A stretch of 62,922 bases of DNA, counting the filler, from Chiloscyllium plagiosum (Eukaryota), in assembly GCF_004010195.1 (NCBI RefSeq). It is 4 parts of one record of this genome, joined end to end, with 100 filler letters (N's around TTAATTAATTAA, not from the genome) between each part and the next. Parts side by side here need not be neighbours in the genome. Positions count along the whole stretch, not along the records: positions 1 to 31,704 come from NC_057712.1; positions 31,805 to 42,795 come from NC_057712.1; 2 more parts are not named here. One strand, given 5' to 3'. This document shows positions 21,011 to 34,160 of the stretch, one piece after another. The notes beneath the pieces were generated by a model. It made no database searches. It worked only from the letters and a program-made list of their open reading frames with translations, and was not told the origin of the DNA. Position numbers and translations under genes: made by a program. Within the stretch, counting starts at the first letter, position 1, and each line of letters opens with the position of its first letter.

Positions 21011-22785
21011 GAGACAAAAACAAATTCGAATTCGGCCAATCAGTTTAAATTATGCCTCAAGATACTAACTCCAATCAATTATGAATTTGGTATTTTGACA
21101 ATATTGAAACCGATTAAGTGATCTGATGCTTTGGGGTATAAGACCAGGAAAAATTGGAGGAGAACTGCCAAGCCACCAACAAACGTAGGCTGCCCACAGA
21201 ATAGTTCTCTTAAAGGTACCTTTATCAATGACCTGTGAAACAGAAATCCCTAAGAAGAAGTAAAGATGACAGAGGAAGATACAAAGAGAAGTTTCTACAG
21301 CTGGCTGGTTTTGAAATTTGAAACTTTTTGGTAAATCTTAATCGGGGGTTTTATTGGACTAGTATTATAGAAGAGAAAGTAAAAGGTAGGTTAGAGAAAG
21401 GAGTTGTAAATAGTTGTTAGTTAATTATTCTCTGTTATACTTCAAAAAAAAGTTGTTAATTTTTACTTTGAATAGTGACCTTTGGGATATTTCTCAGCCT
21501 CTCGAATCTTCACAGATTACAGCACGGGGTGAATCTTTTCTGTGTATCGGGTTTAAATTAGCAGAGGGGCTTACCCCGTGTCGTAACACTTTTAATTATC
21601 TACTCTCACCCACTGTAGAATTAGTTTTTAAGGTGAAATTTGCAAATTAGAACCTGTGTGTTTAAAAGTCTTTTGTCTTTCACATGTCCACAACGAAAGT
21701 CTTTCTTTCTTGCTTACCTTTCAATACGAAGTCACAGTTACAACTTCTACCTGAACTTGTGGCATTTTTGAAAAAAATCTACATGCTATAATAGTATTTA
21801 AGTTTGCAATTCTTGTGGGTACATACACCGAGCTGAGAATTTGGTTTGCAGACTTTTCATCCTCTTCCTAGGTGGCATCCACAGTGCTGTGGCATCTCCT
21901 GTGAAGCCTTTAGATTTCCCAGTTATGTTCCTGTTAAGCTAATTTTCTAATTTTAAGGTTCTTGTTTACTTATTTTACTGCATGTTCCACCCAATGCAAT
22001 GTTTGAAATTCAAACAGAAACTGAAATAGAAATGCTGCAAATATTTTCACTGATTGGAGCTGGGTGTTTTGGAAATGAAATATGAGGTGAAGTATGTTGG
22101 CAAACGGTATGTGAGGCATTTTCTACTAACATGGTTAAATGCACATGGTTAAAATAATACTATTATAGTCATGCCTCTGGCTATTTTTATCAATTTACTC
22201 ATGGAACGTGGGTGTGTCTGACTGGGCCAGTATTTATTGCCCATCCCTAGCTGTTCTTGAGAAGGTGTGGTGAACAATTACAATCTATTTGATGTAGGTA
22301 CACCCATAAATGCTGCCGGGGAGGAGTTCCAGGAATTTAGCCCAGCAACACTAAAAAAACATGATTTACTTCCAAGTCAGAATGGTGAATGGCTTGAAGG
22401 GAAACTTGCAGATGGTGGTGTTCCCTTGTATCTGCTCCATTTGACCTTCCATGATGATGGATGTGGGTTCAGATGTTGCTATTTAAAGAACCTTGGTGAA
22501 CTTCTGCAATGAATCTTGTAAATTATACACACTACTGCTATAATGCACTTTTGGTAGAGGGAGTGAATATTTGTAGATGTGTTGGCAATTGAGCCAGCTG
22601 CCTTGTCCTGGAGCTCCTTGAGTGTTGTTGGAACTGCACTCATCCAGGGAAGTGGGGAGTATTCCATAATACTCCTGACTTGTGCCTTGTAGGTTGTGGA
22701 CAAGCTTTCAGGAGTCAGGAGGTGTGTTACTTGCTGTGGAATTCCTAGCCTCTCACCTGCGGTTGTAGCCACAGTATTTAAAAGT

Positions 22786-24098
22786 ATGGGCCCCAGCTAT
22801 GCCTGTCTCTTTGTTGGCTACGTAGAGCAGTCGATCTTCCGTAATTACACCAGCACCACTCCCCACCTCTTCCTCCGCTACATTGATGACTGCATTGGCG
22901 CCACCTCGTGCTCCCGCGAGGAGGTTGAGCAATTCATCAACTTCACCAACACATTCCATCCTGACCTTAAATTTACCTGGACCATCTCTGACACCTCCCT
23001 CCCCTTCCTGGACCTCTCCATCTCCATTAATGATGACCGACTTGACACTGACATTTTTTACAAACCCACCGACCCCCACAGCTACTCTGGATTACACCTC
23101 TTCCCACCCTACCTCTTGCAAAAATGCCATCCTGTATTCCCAATTCCTCTGCCTCTGCCGTATCTGCTCCCAGGAGGACCAGTTCCACCACAGAACACAC
23201 CAGATGGCCTCCTTCTTTAGAGACCGCAATTTCCCTTCCCACGTGGTTAAAGATGCCCTCCAACGCATCTCGTCCACATCCCACACCTCCGCCCTCAGAT
23301 CCCACCCCTCCAAACATAACAAGGACAGAACGCCCTGGTGCTGACCTTCCACCCTACAAACCTTCGCATAAACCAAATCATCCGCCGACATTTCCGCCAC
23401 CTCCAAACAGACCCCATCACCAGGGATGTATTTCCCTCCCCACCCCTTTTCGCCTTCTGCAAAGACTGTTCCCTCCGTGACTACCTGGTCAGGTCCACGC
23501 CCCCCTACAACCCACCCTCCCATCCTGGCACCTTCCCCTGCCACTGCAGGAACTGTAAAACCTGCGCCCACACCTCCTCCCTCACCTCCATCCAAGGCCC
23601 TAAAGGAGCCTTCCACATCCATCAAAGTTTTACCTGCACATCCACTATGGAGGTGCTGGGCCTCCTCCACCGCCGCTCCCTCACCACCAGACGCCTGGAG
23701 GAAGAACGCCTCATCTTCTGCCTCGGAACACTTCAACCCCAGGGCATCAATGTGGACTTCAACAGTTTCCTCATTTCCCCTTCCCCCATCTCACCCTAGT
23801 TCCAAACTTCCAGCTCAGCACTGTCCCCATGACTTGTCCAGACTTGTCCTACCTGTCTATCTCCTTTTCCACCGATCCACTCCACCCTCTCCTCCCTGAC
23901 CTATCACCTTCATCCCCTCCCCCACTCACAAATTGTACTCTGTGCTACTTTCTCCCCACCCCCCCCCTCCTCTAGCTTATCTCTCCACCCTTCAGGCTCT
24001 CTGCCTTTATTCCTGATGAAGGGCTTTTGCCCGAAACGTCGATCTTGCTGCTCCTCGGATGCTGCCTGAACTGCTGTGCTCTTCCAGCACCACTAATC
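22786..24098 (+). mobile_element. 5'-truncated Penelope-like element (RT, partial GIY-YIG, terminal repeat)
   Basis: MGPSYACLFVG..FLRYIDDC..LPFLDL..KPTD; CHCRNCKTC; LGTLQPQGINVDF; flanking duplication cagtatttaWaagt at 22772-22785 and 24099-24112. Confidence 0.9.
24013..24040 (+). ncRNA. Minimal hammerhead ribozyme motif in PLE terminal repeat
   Basis: CUGAUGA-a-GGGC-uuuu-GCCC-GAAA-CGUC: conserved core, stem II and palindromic stem III. Confidence 0.65.
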
Positions 24099-24274
24099 CA
24101 GTATTTATAAGTCCAGTCCAGTCCAGGTTCTGGTCACTGGTAATTCATATGCATGTTGATAGTGGAGGATTCTGTGATAACAATACAATTGAATGTCAAG
24201 GGGAAATGGTTAGATTCTCTTGTTGGAGTTGGTCCTTGGCTGGCACTTGTGTGACACAGATGTCACTAGCCACT

Positions 24275-24665
24275 TAGAGCCATAGAGATGTATAACACAG
24301 AAACAGACCCTTCGGGCTAACTGGTTCATGCTGACCAGATATTCTAAATAAATCTAGTCCCATTTGCCAGCATTTGTCCCAAATCCCTCTGAACCTTTCT
24401 TATTTATATACCCACCTAGACGTGATTTAAATTATGCGATTATACCAGCCTCCACTCTGGCAACTCATTCCATACACACTCCACCCTCTGCGTGAAAACG
24501 TTTCCTTTTAGGACCCTTTTAAATCTTTCCACTCTCACCTTAAGTCCACACCCTCTAGTTTTGGACTCCCCCACCCCAGGGAAAAGACCTTACCTAGTTA
24601 CCCATCATGATTTTTTAAACCTCTAAATGGTCACCCCTCAGCCTCCGGTGCTCCAGGGAAAATAG
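24275..24665 (-). mobile_element. CR1 3' end
   Basis: Reverse of the same CR1 3' end seen at 5630-6055. Confidence 0.85.
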
Positions 24666-25044
24666 CTTCTTAGCCTAAACCTGGATATTGTTTCTATAGA
24701 GACTGCATTGTAAAATAAGGAGCACTCTTAACATTTTTTTGCCTAAACCTATAAGTTTAAGAATCACCATGATTTTATTAAGAATATTAATTCTCTAGAG
24801 GATCCATCTCAAGGGTTTTAGTCTATTGATGGGTTTTAATTGTTTCTATTGGTGTAGCATCAAGCAGTAAAGGTAAAGAACACACAGATAGCTACAGTGG
24901 TAGTAAGGTAGTTCCTCAGTGAATACGTTGATAAAAGCTATAACTCTGCGACAGAAATCAGCAAGTCCCAGGAGAATGCAGGTTTATACCTGGTCCAAGT
25001 GTATCTTATACCTGGTGAAAGCCCTGTTCTTTAATTCTTTGCAG

Positions 25045-25146
25045 ATTGTGTTTAATACTCTAAACCTCACTGATTTCACCCGGAGGAATGTGAAGAGTGA
25101 AGAAGAGCAAGAGGAACAGAAATTCAATACAAAATACCTCCTAAAG
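25045..25146 (+). CDS. Candidate 102-nt phase 0-0 coding exon of an unidentified gene
   Basis: Acceptor ttctttaattctttgcag| and donor aag|gtgagg; only open frame is IVFNTLNLTDFTRRNVKSEEEQEEQKFNTKYLLK. Confidence 0.6.
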
Positions 25147-25254
25147 GTGAGGGATGAGGGTAGACTGGGACCATGGCGAGAAAAAACAATGTCCTCCCTG
25201 CGAAATGAAATTCTCCATTTGGGCAAAGTGAGTGATTCACTCATTCCAGAGCGA

Positions 25255-26120
25255 GTCATAGAGAGCTGCACAGCATGGAAACAGGCCCTTTGGTCCAACT
25301 TATCTCTGCTTACCAGATATCCTAATCTAGTCCCATTTCCCAGCATTTGGTCCTTATCACTCTAAACCCTTCCTATTCATGTACCCATCCAGATGCCTTT
25401 TAAATTTTGAAATTGTACCAGCCTCCACCACTTCCTCTGGCAGCTCATTCCTCCACCACTTCCTCGTGCACCACCCTCTGCGTCAAAGATTTGCCCCTTA
25501 GATACCTTTTAAATCTTTGCCCTCTCACCTTAAACCTATGCCCTCTAGTTTTGGAATTCCCACACCAGGGAAAATACCTTGTCTATTTACTCTATTCACC
25601 CTATTCATGCCCTTCAAGATTTTATAAACCTCTATAATGTCACCCTTAGCTTTGACATTCCAGTGAAAATAGCCCCAGTCTATTCAGCCTCTCCCTATAG
25701 CTCAAACCCTCCAACCCTAGCAACATCCTTGTAAATCTTTTCTGAACCCTTTCAAGTTTCACAATATCCTTCCTGTAGCAGGGAGACCAGAATTATATGC
25801 AATATTCCAATTGTGGCCGAACCAATGTCCTGTACAGCCACAACATGACCTCCCAACTTCCATACTCAATGCACTGTCCAATAAAGGCACACATACCAAA
25901 CTCCTTCTCCACTATTCTGTCTACCTGTTGACTCTACTTTCAAGGAACTATGAACCTTCACTCCAAGGTACCTTTGTTAATCAACCCTACCCCTAAGACA
26001 TTACCATTAAGTGTATAAGTCCTGCCCTGATTTGCCTTTCCAAATTGCAACACCTCACATTTATCTAAATTAAACTCCATAAGTCACTCCTTGGCCCATT
26101 GACCCACCTGATCAAGATCT
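25255..26120 (-). mobile_element. CR1 3' fragment
   Basis: CR1 3'UTR tail plus ORF2 C-terminal homology. Confidence 0.85.
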
Positions 26121-26948
26121 TTGACAACTGAATTGGGTTTGCTTCTGTCTTGTGATGACATAGTCTTGCTGTAGAAAACACGTGAAATGCTTTGTTATCT
26201 GTCAGGTACTTTGTTTCCTTGCACAAGAACACAGCCCTATTTCATCATCAAACTGGAGACAAAACAAATAAAGACTCAGAAAGATGATGTCCAATATTAA
26301 AGTTCTTTGTCATGAGTAAAAACAGGAGAACCTGGGCTCTCAATTAATGGCACCAACAATTCTAACACCTTTAACATTATAAAACATTCCAAGGCACATT
26401 GCAGGATTATTATAAAATGAAGTATGACAGCCAGCCACAAGAAGACATTAGCTCACATGTGTCAATCTTTGGATAGGGGGTTTGCAATTTTATATTAATA
26501 CACAAACAAAGTAGAACTAATTTGGATTGTGATTAACTGTTTCTCTTTTCCTTCTTGACCAGTCTGCAGCCTTTGACTCAATCTGCTCTATCCCCTACTT
26601 CCATTTGTATAACATTGTGTACCACACTTCCTGCCTCAGCCCAGCTCCTGCTGAAGATTCATTTTTATATTTATTACTTCTAGATTCAAGTATTCCAATG
26701 CTCTGAAGGTCAGCTTCAATCTCCCATTCTTCAAATTTGGGCTTACCCAAATAGTTGCTGTCTGGATCCTAACATCTACCCATTACCCATTTGCCTCACA
26801 TTCTAGCATTGGACTCAATTTTTAAAAAATGCTCATCTTTGAGATCCATTCATATCTCAAGTTTCCCTTTGTGTGCAACCTCTAGCTTTCCAATCAGCTT
26901 AGATGTCCATGATCTCCAGTCCTGACTTTGTGGATCTCTGATATTCTT

Positions 26949-27237
26949 TAGAACATAGAACATAGAACAATACAGCACAGAACAGGCCCTTCGGCCCACG
27001 ATGTTGTGCCGAACATTTGTCCTAGCTTAAGCACCTATCCATGTACATATCCAATTGCTGCTTAAAGGTCACCAATGATTCTGACTCTGCCACTCCCACA
27101 GGCAGCGCATTCCATGCCCCCACCACTCTCTGGGTAAAGAACCTACCCCTGACATCCCCCCTATACCTTCCACCCTTCACCTTAAATTTATGTCCCCTTG
27201 TAACACTCTGATTAAATTTATGTCCACTTGTAACACT
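26949..27237 (-). mobile_element. CR1 3' end with (TAGAACA)n tail
   Basis: TRGHKFKVKGGRYRGDVRGRFFTQRVVGAWNALP; ~30-bp tandem duplication at the 5' junction. Confidence 0.85.
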
Positions 27238-27589
27238 CTTTATTCTATCATAGGCAGCTAAAGGCACAACTACCAAAAGAGCTAATCTTTGGAATTCCTC
27301 CCAAAACTTCTTTACCATGTTGGCCTGGCTCTGTCCTTCTCAAAGGCATTATTACAAATATCATGTCAACAGGTCATATTTCGTTTTATCATGTGGTCAT
27401 GATAACCACATTCATAAATGTTGGCAGATGTTAGCCTGTGATGCTGACACAACGAAAGTGAATTTAACATAAACAGGAATGAGTCAGTAGAGAAAAATAA
27501 GACAATTAGTTGATGAAATGGGTAGGAGATAAGGAAGAAAATCAGGCTTAACAGTCATTTCTGTTTGAATTTACTTGATTTCTGTGACC

Positions 27590-28800
27590 CACAGATGGAG
27601 AGGAATTTGTTAAGTGTGCACAAGAAAGTTTTCTGATTCAGCATGTAAATGTACCTACCAGAGGAGGTATAAACCTTGACCTACTCTTGATAAATAAGGC
27701 AGGGCAGGTGACTGAGATGTCAGTGGGGGAGCACTTTGGGGCCAACGATCATAATTCTATTCGTTTTAAAATAGTGATGGAAAAGGATAGACCAGATCTA
27801 AAAGTTGAAGTTTTAAATTGGAGAAAGGCCAATTTTGACGGTATTAGGGAAGAACTTTCAAAAGCTGATTGGAGGCAGAAGTTCGCAGGTAAAGGGATGG
27901 CTGGAAAATGGGAAGTCTGTGCTGCTCATTTCAAAGGTACCCAGACTGAGGGCCAACATAGAAATTACACGAGCCATTGTGGAGAAATTGCCACATTTCT
28001 AACTCCTCACACCCTCTCAGCCATCGCCTGCTCCCATTTCCAACTCTCTCCATCCTACATGCAGTGTCACAGATCATTACTGTGCAGACAGACGTCATTT
28101 GGCCCAATGGACTGCTATCTCTAAGCATGTTCGTTCAGAGTCAATATCCTACATTTCCCCCATAACCCTGTACATTATCCAATGCCATCTTGAATACCTC
28201 AGTTGAATTGGTACCATTGTTTAAGAAGGGTGGTAAGGACAAACCAGGAAACTATAGACCGGTGAGCCTGATGTCGGTGATGGGCATGTTGTTGGAGGGA
28301 ATCCTGAGGGACAGGATGTACATGTATTTGGAAAGGCAAGGACTGATTAGGGATAGTCAACATGGCTTTGTGCGTGGGAAATCATGTCTCACAAACTTGA
28401 TTGAGTTTTTTGAAGAAGTAACAAAGAGGATTGATGAGGGCAGAGCAGTAGATGTGATCTATATGGACTTCAGTAAGGCGTTCAACAAGATTCCCCATGG
28501 GAGACTGGTTAGGAAGGTTAGATCTCACGGAATACAGGGAGAACTAGTCATTTGGATACAGAAATGGCTCAAAGGTAGAAGACAGAGGATGGCGGTGGAG
28601 GGTTGTTTTTCAGACTGGAGGCCTGTGACCAGTGGAGTGCCACAAGGATTGGTGCTGGGTCCACAACATTTTGTCATTTTTGTAAATCATTTGAATGTGA
28701 GCATAAGGGGTTTGTTAGTAAGTTTGCAGATGACACCAAAATTGGAGGTGTAGTGGACAGTAAAGAGGGTTACCTCAGATTACAACACGATTTAGAAGGA
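27590..28800 (+). mobile_element. CR1 ORF2 fragments (end of endonuclease, RT)
   Basis: HFGANDHN; PGNYRPVSL..QHGF..SCLTNL..DFSKAF..GVPQG; FADDTK. Confidence 0.9.
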
Positions 28801-29552
28801 TATGAACCAAACGCAGACAATTGGAACTCGTTCAGTTTAGGAAATATGGTCATCATCGGGTCGAAAGGCCTGTTTTCATGCTGTATGACTCTAAGAATCT
28901 AAACTACACCTCTTAACACTATTGTTTCGTCATATTTCCCCTTACTGCTTTTTTTTAGTGATCTACTGCTAGTTTTTAAAGTCTTCCCAATAATTTTCAC
29001 CACATTGTATGCATATCCTTTTATTTTATGCCGTCCCTGACTTCCCTTGTCAGCTATGGTTATCTTGTCCTCCCCTTAGAATGTTTCTTCTTCCTTGGGA
29101 TAATTTTCTGCTGTGCCTCCTGAACTACCCCCAGAGACTCCTGCCATTGCTGGTCCACCATCTTTCTTGATAGGCTGCCCATCCAATCAACTCTGGCCAG
29201 CTCCTTCCTCATGTCTTTGTCGCTACCTTTGCTCAATTGTAATACAGTTATATCGGATTCCACTTTCTCCCTCTCGAACTACAGGTTGAATTCTATCATA
29301 TTATGGTCACCATCCCCTTCACCTTAAGCTCCCTCATCAAATCTGCCTCATTACACATCGCCAAAACCAGAATTGCCTGTTCCCTCGTGGGGTCTACTAC
29401 AAGCTGCTCCAAAAATACCATCTCGTAGACATTCCACAAATTTTTTCTTGAAATCTGCTACCAACCTGATTCTCCCGGTCCACCTGCATATTGAAGTCAC
29501 CCATGATTAGCGTAATAGCACATTTTTTACATGCCTTTCTATCTCCTGATTT

Positions 29553-29700
29553 CGGGCATAAGCCATTCCTGAAGAAGGGCTTATGCCCGAAACGTCGATT
29601 CTCCTGTTCCCTGGATGCTGCCTGACCTGCTGCGCTTTTCCAGCAACACATTTCCAGCTCTGATCTCCAGCATCTGCAGACCTCACTTTCTTCTCAAAGA
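29553..29700 (+). mobile_element. Short PLE-derived insertion with hammerhead motif and 13-bp TSD
   Basis: TSD tatctcctgattt at 29540-29552 and 29701-29713; CUGAAGA-a-GGGC-uuau-GCCC-GAAACGUC at 29569-29596. Confidence 0.85.
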
Positions 29701-30576
29701 TATCTCCTGATTTGTTTTCTTTCCCACATCCTGACTACTGCTGAGAGGCCTGTACTTAACTCCCATCAGGGTCTTTCTTCCTTTGCAGTTCTTCAGCTCT
29801 ACCCACACAGATTCTATATATTCTGGCTCAATGTGCCCTCTTGCTATTGAGTTAATTGCCCTTTTTCACTAACAAGGCAACCTAGTGCCTGTCCTAATGA
29901 TAGGAATGTACACTTGGATATTTAGTTCCCAGCCCTGATCCCCTTGCAGCACGTCTGGAATACCCACAAAAGTGTACCGGCCAATTTCAGTTTGTGCGAC
30001 AAGCTCATTTACCTTGTTTCATATACTGTGTGCATTTAAGTACAACACCCTCAGTCCTGCATTGACTGCCCCCATCTCATAGCAGTTCCCTTATTTGCTG
30101 TGTCTGAAATTAGATTCCTGATTTTTCCGTATTCCATGTCCTATTACTTGTTGTGGGAACTTTAATAACATCAGCTGAACCATCCCTCCCTTCAACTTTT
30201 TCCATAATTCTTCTTCGCTCTCCCCATCCCCTCCCCCCATCCGCCTCAACCCCAACCATACTATCTGGTTTAAAGCTTTATCCACAGTGATTTACCAGGA
30301 CTCTGGTCCCAGCATAATTCAGTTGGAGCCCTTCCCCTCAGAACAGATCGCTCCCTCCCCAGTACTGGTGCCAATGTCTCATGAATTCAAACCCATTTCT
30401 CCCACCCCAATCGTAAAGCCACATATTTACCTCTTTAATCTTGTTAACTCTGTGCCAATTCACTTTGACTCAGGTAGTAATCTGAAGATTATTACCTTTT
30501 TGGTTCTGGTTTTTAATTTATCTGCTGGCTGTTCATATTCACTCAGCAGAACGTGTTTGCTCTTCCTACCTATACT

Positions 30577-30898
30577 TAGATTAGATTAGATTACATTACA
30601 TTACAGTGTGGAAACAGGCCCTTCGGCCCAACAAGTCCACACCGACCCGCCGAAGCGCAACCCACCCATACCCCTACATTTACCCCTTACCTAACACTAC
30701 AAGCAATGTAGCATGGCCAATTCACCTGACCTGCACATCTTTGGACTGTGGGAGGAAACCGGAGCACCCGGAGGAAACCCACGCAGACACGGGGAGAGCG
30801 TGCAAACTCCACACAGTCAGTCGCCTGAGGCGAGAATTGAACCCGGGTCTCAGGCACTGTGAGGCAGCAGTGCTAACCACTGTGCCACCGTGCCGCCC
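30577..30898 (-). mobile_element. Full-length HE1-like V-SINE
   Basis: Reverse complement begins gggcggcacggtggcacagtggttagcactgctgcctcac..gggttcaattc (pol III A/B boxes), V domain, CR1-type 3' end and (tctaa)n tail. Confidence 0.92.
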
Positions 30899-31704
30899 AT
30901 GTAGATACTTATGGTATCTACATGGACCATGACAACTGGATCTTTCCCCTCCCACTCCTCTGTAGCCCAGATGAAATATTCTGAACCCATGCACGAGGCA
31001 GGCAACACAGCCTTTGGGACTCTGAAGCCTGGCCACAGAAAATCGTGCTTATTCCCCTGACTAGACTATCGCGATTGCAACATTTCTTCTTTCTACCCCC
31101 TTTTGAATAGCTCCCTGTACCACGATGCTATGGTCGGTTTGCTCATCCTCCCTACAGCCCACACTCTCATCCACACAGGCAGCAAGAATCTCCAACCTGT
31201 TAAACAAGCTCAAGGCGCCATCAGCACTACCTCCTGCATCCCTCTACGTACCTCGCCTATACTCATACTCTCCTGTCCCTGACCACTGACTGAATTTGAG
31301 GTAGTTAATCTAAAGGTGTGACTGCCTCCTGAAATACAGCATCCAGGGAAGTGTCCCCCTCCCTGATGTGTTGCAGTGTTCGGAGCTCTGACTCCAGCTC
31401 ATCAACTCTCAGCCGGAATTTCTCAAGCAAACTAACACTTGTAGCAGATATAGTCATGATGACCACAGAGGGGTCCATCAGTTCTCAGTCAGATCCCAGA
31501 GTGAAACCTGGCTTGATAAGAAGGGAAGGCCTGAGATGAAATGTTGAACTCCAAGAATGACAGTGCTGAATTTAAATCAACATGACATTAAAATCTACAC
31601 ACTCTCCAAAACAGGCCTGAAGGATACTCCTTATGCACACAAATAGAGTCATAGAGTCATAGAGATGTACAGCATGGAAACAGACCCTTCGGTCCAACTC
31701 GTCC

Positions 31705-31804
31705 NNNNNNNNNNNNNNNNNNNNNNNNNNNNNNNNNNNNNNNNNNNNTTAATTAATTAANNNNNNNNNNNNNNNNNNNNNNNNNNNNNNNNNNNNNNNN
31801 NNNN
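31705..31804. other. Artificial contig linker N44-TTAATTAATTAA-N44
   Basis: Six-frame stop 12-mer between N runs; same linker at 42796 and 51007. Confidence 0.95.
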
Positions 31805-33620
31805 GATAGAGTCGATAGCCAGAGACTATTTCCCAGGGCAGAAATGACTAACACGAGGGGTCATAAGTTTTAAGCTGGTTGGAAGAAAGTATAGAGGGGA
31901 TGTCAGAGGCGGGTTCTTTACACAGAGTTGAGAGCATGGAATGCGTTGCCAGCAGCAGTTGTGGAGACAGGGTCATTGGGGACATTTAAGAGACTCCTGG
32001 ACATGCATATGGTCACAGAAATTTAAGGATGCATACATGAGGATCAGTGGTCGGCACAACATCGTGGGCTGAAGGGCCTGTTCTGTGCTGTACTGTTTTA
32101 TGTTCTGTATTAGACTAGAAAGAGTCGGGGTTGGTAAGGAAGAGGTATTATCAATTCTAGAAGGAGTGAAAGTAGACAAGTCCCCTGGGCCAGATGGAAT
32201 TTATTTGAGGATTCTCTGGGAGATAGCGGAGCCTTTGGCTTTGATATTTGAGTCGTCATTGTCTACAGGTTTGGTGCCAGAGGACTGGAGGATTGTAAAT
32301 GTGCGCAGTTGAGATGACCCAGGTAATTACAGACCAGTGAGCCTTACTTCTGTTGTAGGAAAAGTTTTGGAAAGGATTATAAGAGATAAGATTTATAATA
32401 ATCTAGCAAGCAACAATCTGATTTCAGATAGTCAACATGGTTTCTGCAGGGGCAGGTCATGTCTCACAACCTCATTGAGGTTTTTTTGAGAAGGTGACCA
32501 AGTATGTAGATGAGGATAAGGCAGATGATGTGGTGTATATGGACTTCAGTAAAGCCTTTGATAAGGTTCTACATGGTAGGCTGTTGAAGAAAATGCAGAG
32601 GCATGGGATTGAGGGTGATTTGGCAGTTTGGATTAGAAACTGGCTTTCGGAAAGAAGGCAGCGAGTGGTGGTTGATGGAAAATATTCAGCCTGGAGTCCA
32701 GTTACTAGTGGTGTGCCACAAGGATCTGTTTTGGGACCACTGCTGTTGGTCATTTTTATAAATGACTTAGACACAGGTGTAGGTGGATGGGTTAGTAAGT
32801 TTGCAGACGACACTAAAGTCGGTGGAGTAGTGGACAGTGTGGAAGAATGTTACAGGTTGTGGGGACTTGGATGAACTGCAGAAAGATGGCAAATGGAGTT
32901 CAATGCTGATATATGTGAGGTGATTCATTTTGGGAGGAATAACAGGAAGGCAGAATACTGGGTCAATGGAAAGATTCTTGGTAGTGTGGATGTGCAGAGG
33001 GATCTTGGAGTCCATGTACATAGATCCCTGAAAGTTGCCACCCAGGTGGTTGATGCTGTTGTCATGCTACAATTATACAAAACGCTAGTGCAGCCACACT
33101 TGGAATATTGTGTACAGTTCTGGGCGCTCCATTACAGGAAGGATGTGGACGCATTGGAAAAGGTGCAGAGGAGATTTACCAGGATGTTGCCTGGTCTGGA
33201 GGGAAGGTCTTCTGAGGGAAGGCTGAGAGACTTGGGTTTGTTCTCATTGGAGAGGAGAAGGCTAAGAGGGGATTTAATAGAAATATACAAGATGATCAGA
33301 GGATTAGATAGGGTAGGCAGTGAAAGTGTTTTTCCTAGGATGATGACGTCAGCTTGTATGAGGGGGCATAACTACAAATTGAGGGGTGATAGATTTAAGA
33401 CAGATGTCAGGGGGCAGGTTCTTTACGCAGAGTGGTACAGTCATGGAATGCCTTGCCTGCTAATGTAGTCAACTCAGTCACATTAAGGAGATTTAAACAA
33501 TCCTTAGATAAAGCACATGGATGATGATGGGATAGTGCAGGGGCATGAGCTTAGAATAGTTCACAGGTTGACGCAATATCGAGGACCGAAGGGCCTGTTC
33601 TGCACTGTATTGTTCTGTGT
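31805..33620 (+). mobile_element. Tandem CR1 copies (3' end, then RT to 3' end)
   Basis: [41 protein letters not shown]. Confidence 0.92.
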
Positions 33621-34160
33621 CTGCACATTGGGCTCCAGTCTCTCAAACAGCCTTCTACCACCATCACCACCTGACTCCTATCACCAAGCCAATTTTGTAT
33701 CCAGTTTGCTAATTTAACTTGGATCTCATGAGCTTTTGTCTCCTTTATCAGTGTCCCACCTTGTCCAAGGCCTTGCAATCCATATCATCTACATCAACTG
33801 TCCCATGTTGAACCAAGTACTTCGACATCACCTTGAAAAGTTAGACCATATTTGTTAGGCATGACCTCCCTCTGACAAAGTCATGCTGACTATCCTTGAT
33901 CAAACATTGCCTCTCTAAATGGAGATTAATTTTCTCCAATAGTTTCCCTCCCACTGATTTTAGACTTAACTGGTCTGTAGTTCCCTGATTACCTCTACTA
34001 CTCTTGTAAAGTGAAACCACAGCAGCTGTCCTCCAGTCTTCAGGCAACTCCCCTGTGGCCAGGGATGATAAAATTTGGTTCAGTGACCCTGCATTTCCTA
34101 CCTTAACTCCCACAACAGCATGGGATACAACTGATCCGGACCTGAGGATTTGTCTACTTT
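33620..34160 (-). mobile_element. CR1 RT fragment
   Basis: ATGELPEDWRTA..DSQHDFVRGRSCLTN. Confidence 0.8.

Larger units (their letters stand above)
15592..21588 (+). mobile_element. Gmr1-like Gypsy LTR retrotransposon, both LTRs present, internally decayed
   Basis: LTRs 15592-16278 and 20802-21588 (TG..CA), 4-bp TSD CTTT, PBS-Pro, PPT gggggagg 20794-20801, domain order gag-PR-IN-RT-RH. Confidence 0.93.
22190..24275 (-). mobile_element. Old non-LTR retrotransposon (CR1/L2 group) 3' part, split by a PLE insertion
   Basis: LLTPESLSTTYKAQVRSIMEYSPLPWMSA; sequence resumes after 24112. Confidence 0.65.
28960..31480 (-). mobile_element. CR1 5' portion (ORF1/endonuclease region), with PLE and SINE insertions
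   Basis: IMGDFNMQVD endonuclease motif, ELARVDW; upstream ORF1-like sequence; boundaries approximate. Confidence 0.65.

Noticed and set aside
24919..25365. 148-aa ORF as a single-exon gene
   Set aside because: Only 25045-25146 has splice signals; the 3' part runs into an antisense CR1 tail
30840..30898. tRNA gene
   Set aside because: tRNA-derived head of a V-SINE, continuous with its body and tail
31749..31760. TTAATTAATTAA as a biological motif
   Set aside because: Always centred in exactly 88 Ns, so an assembly linker
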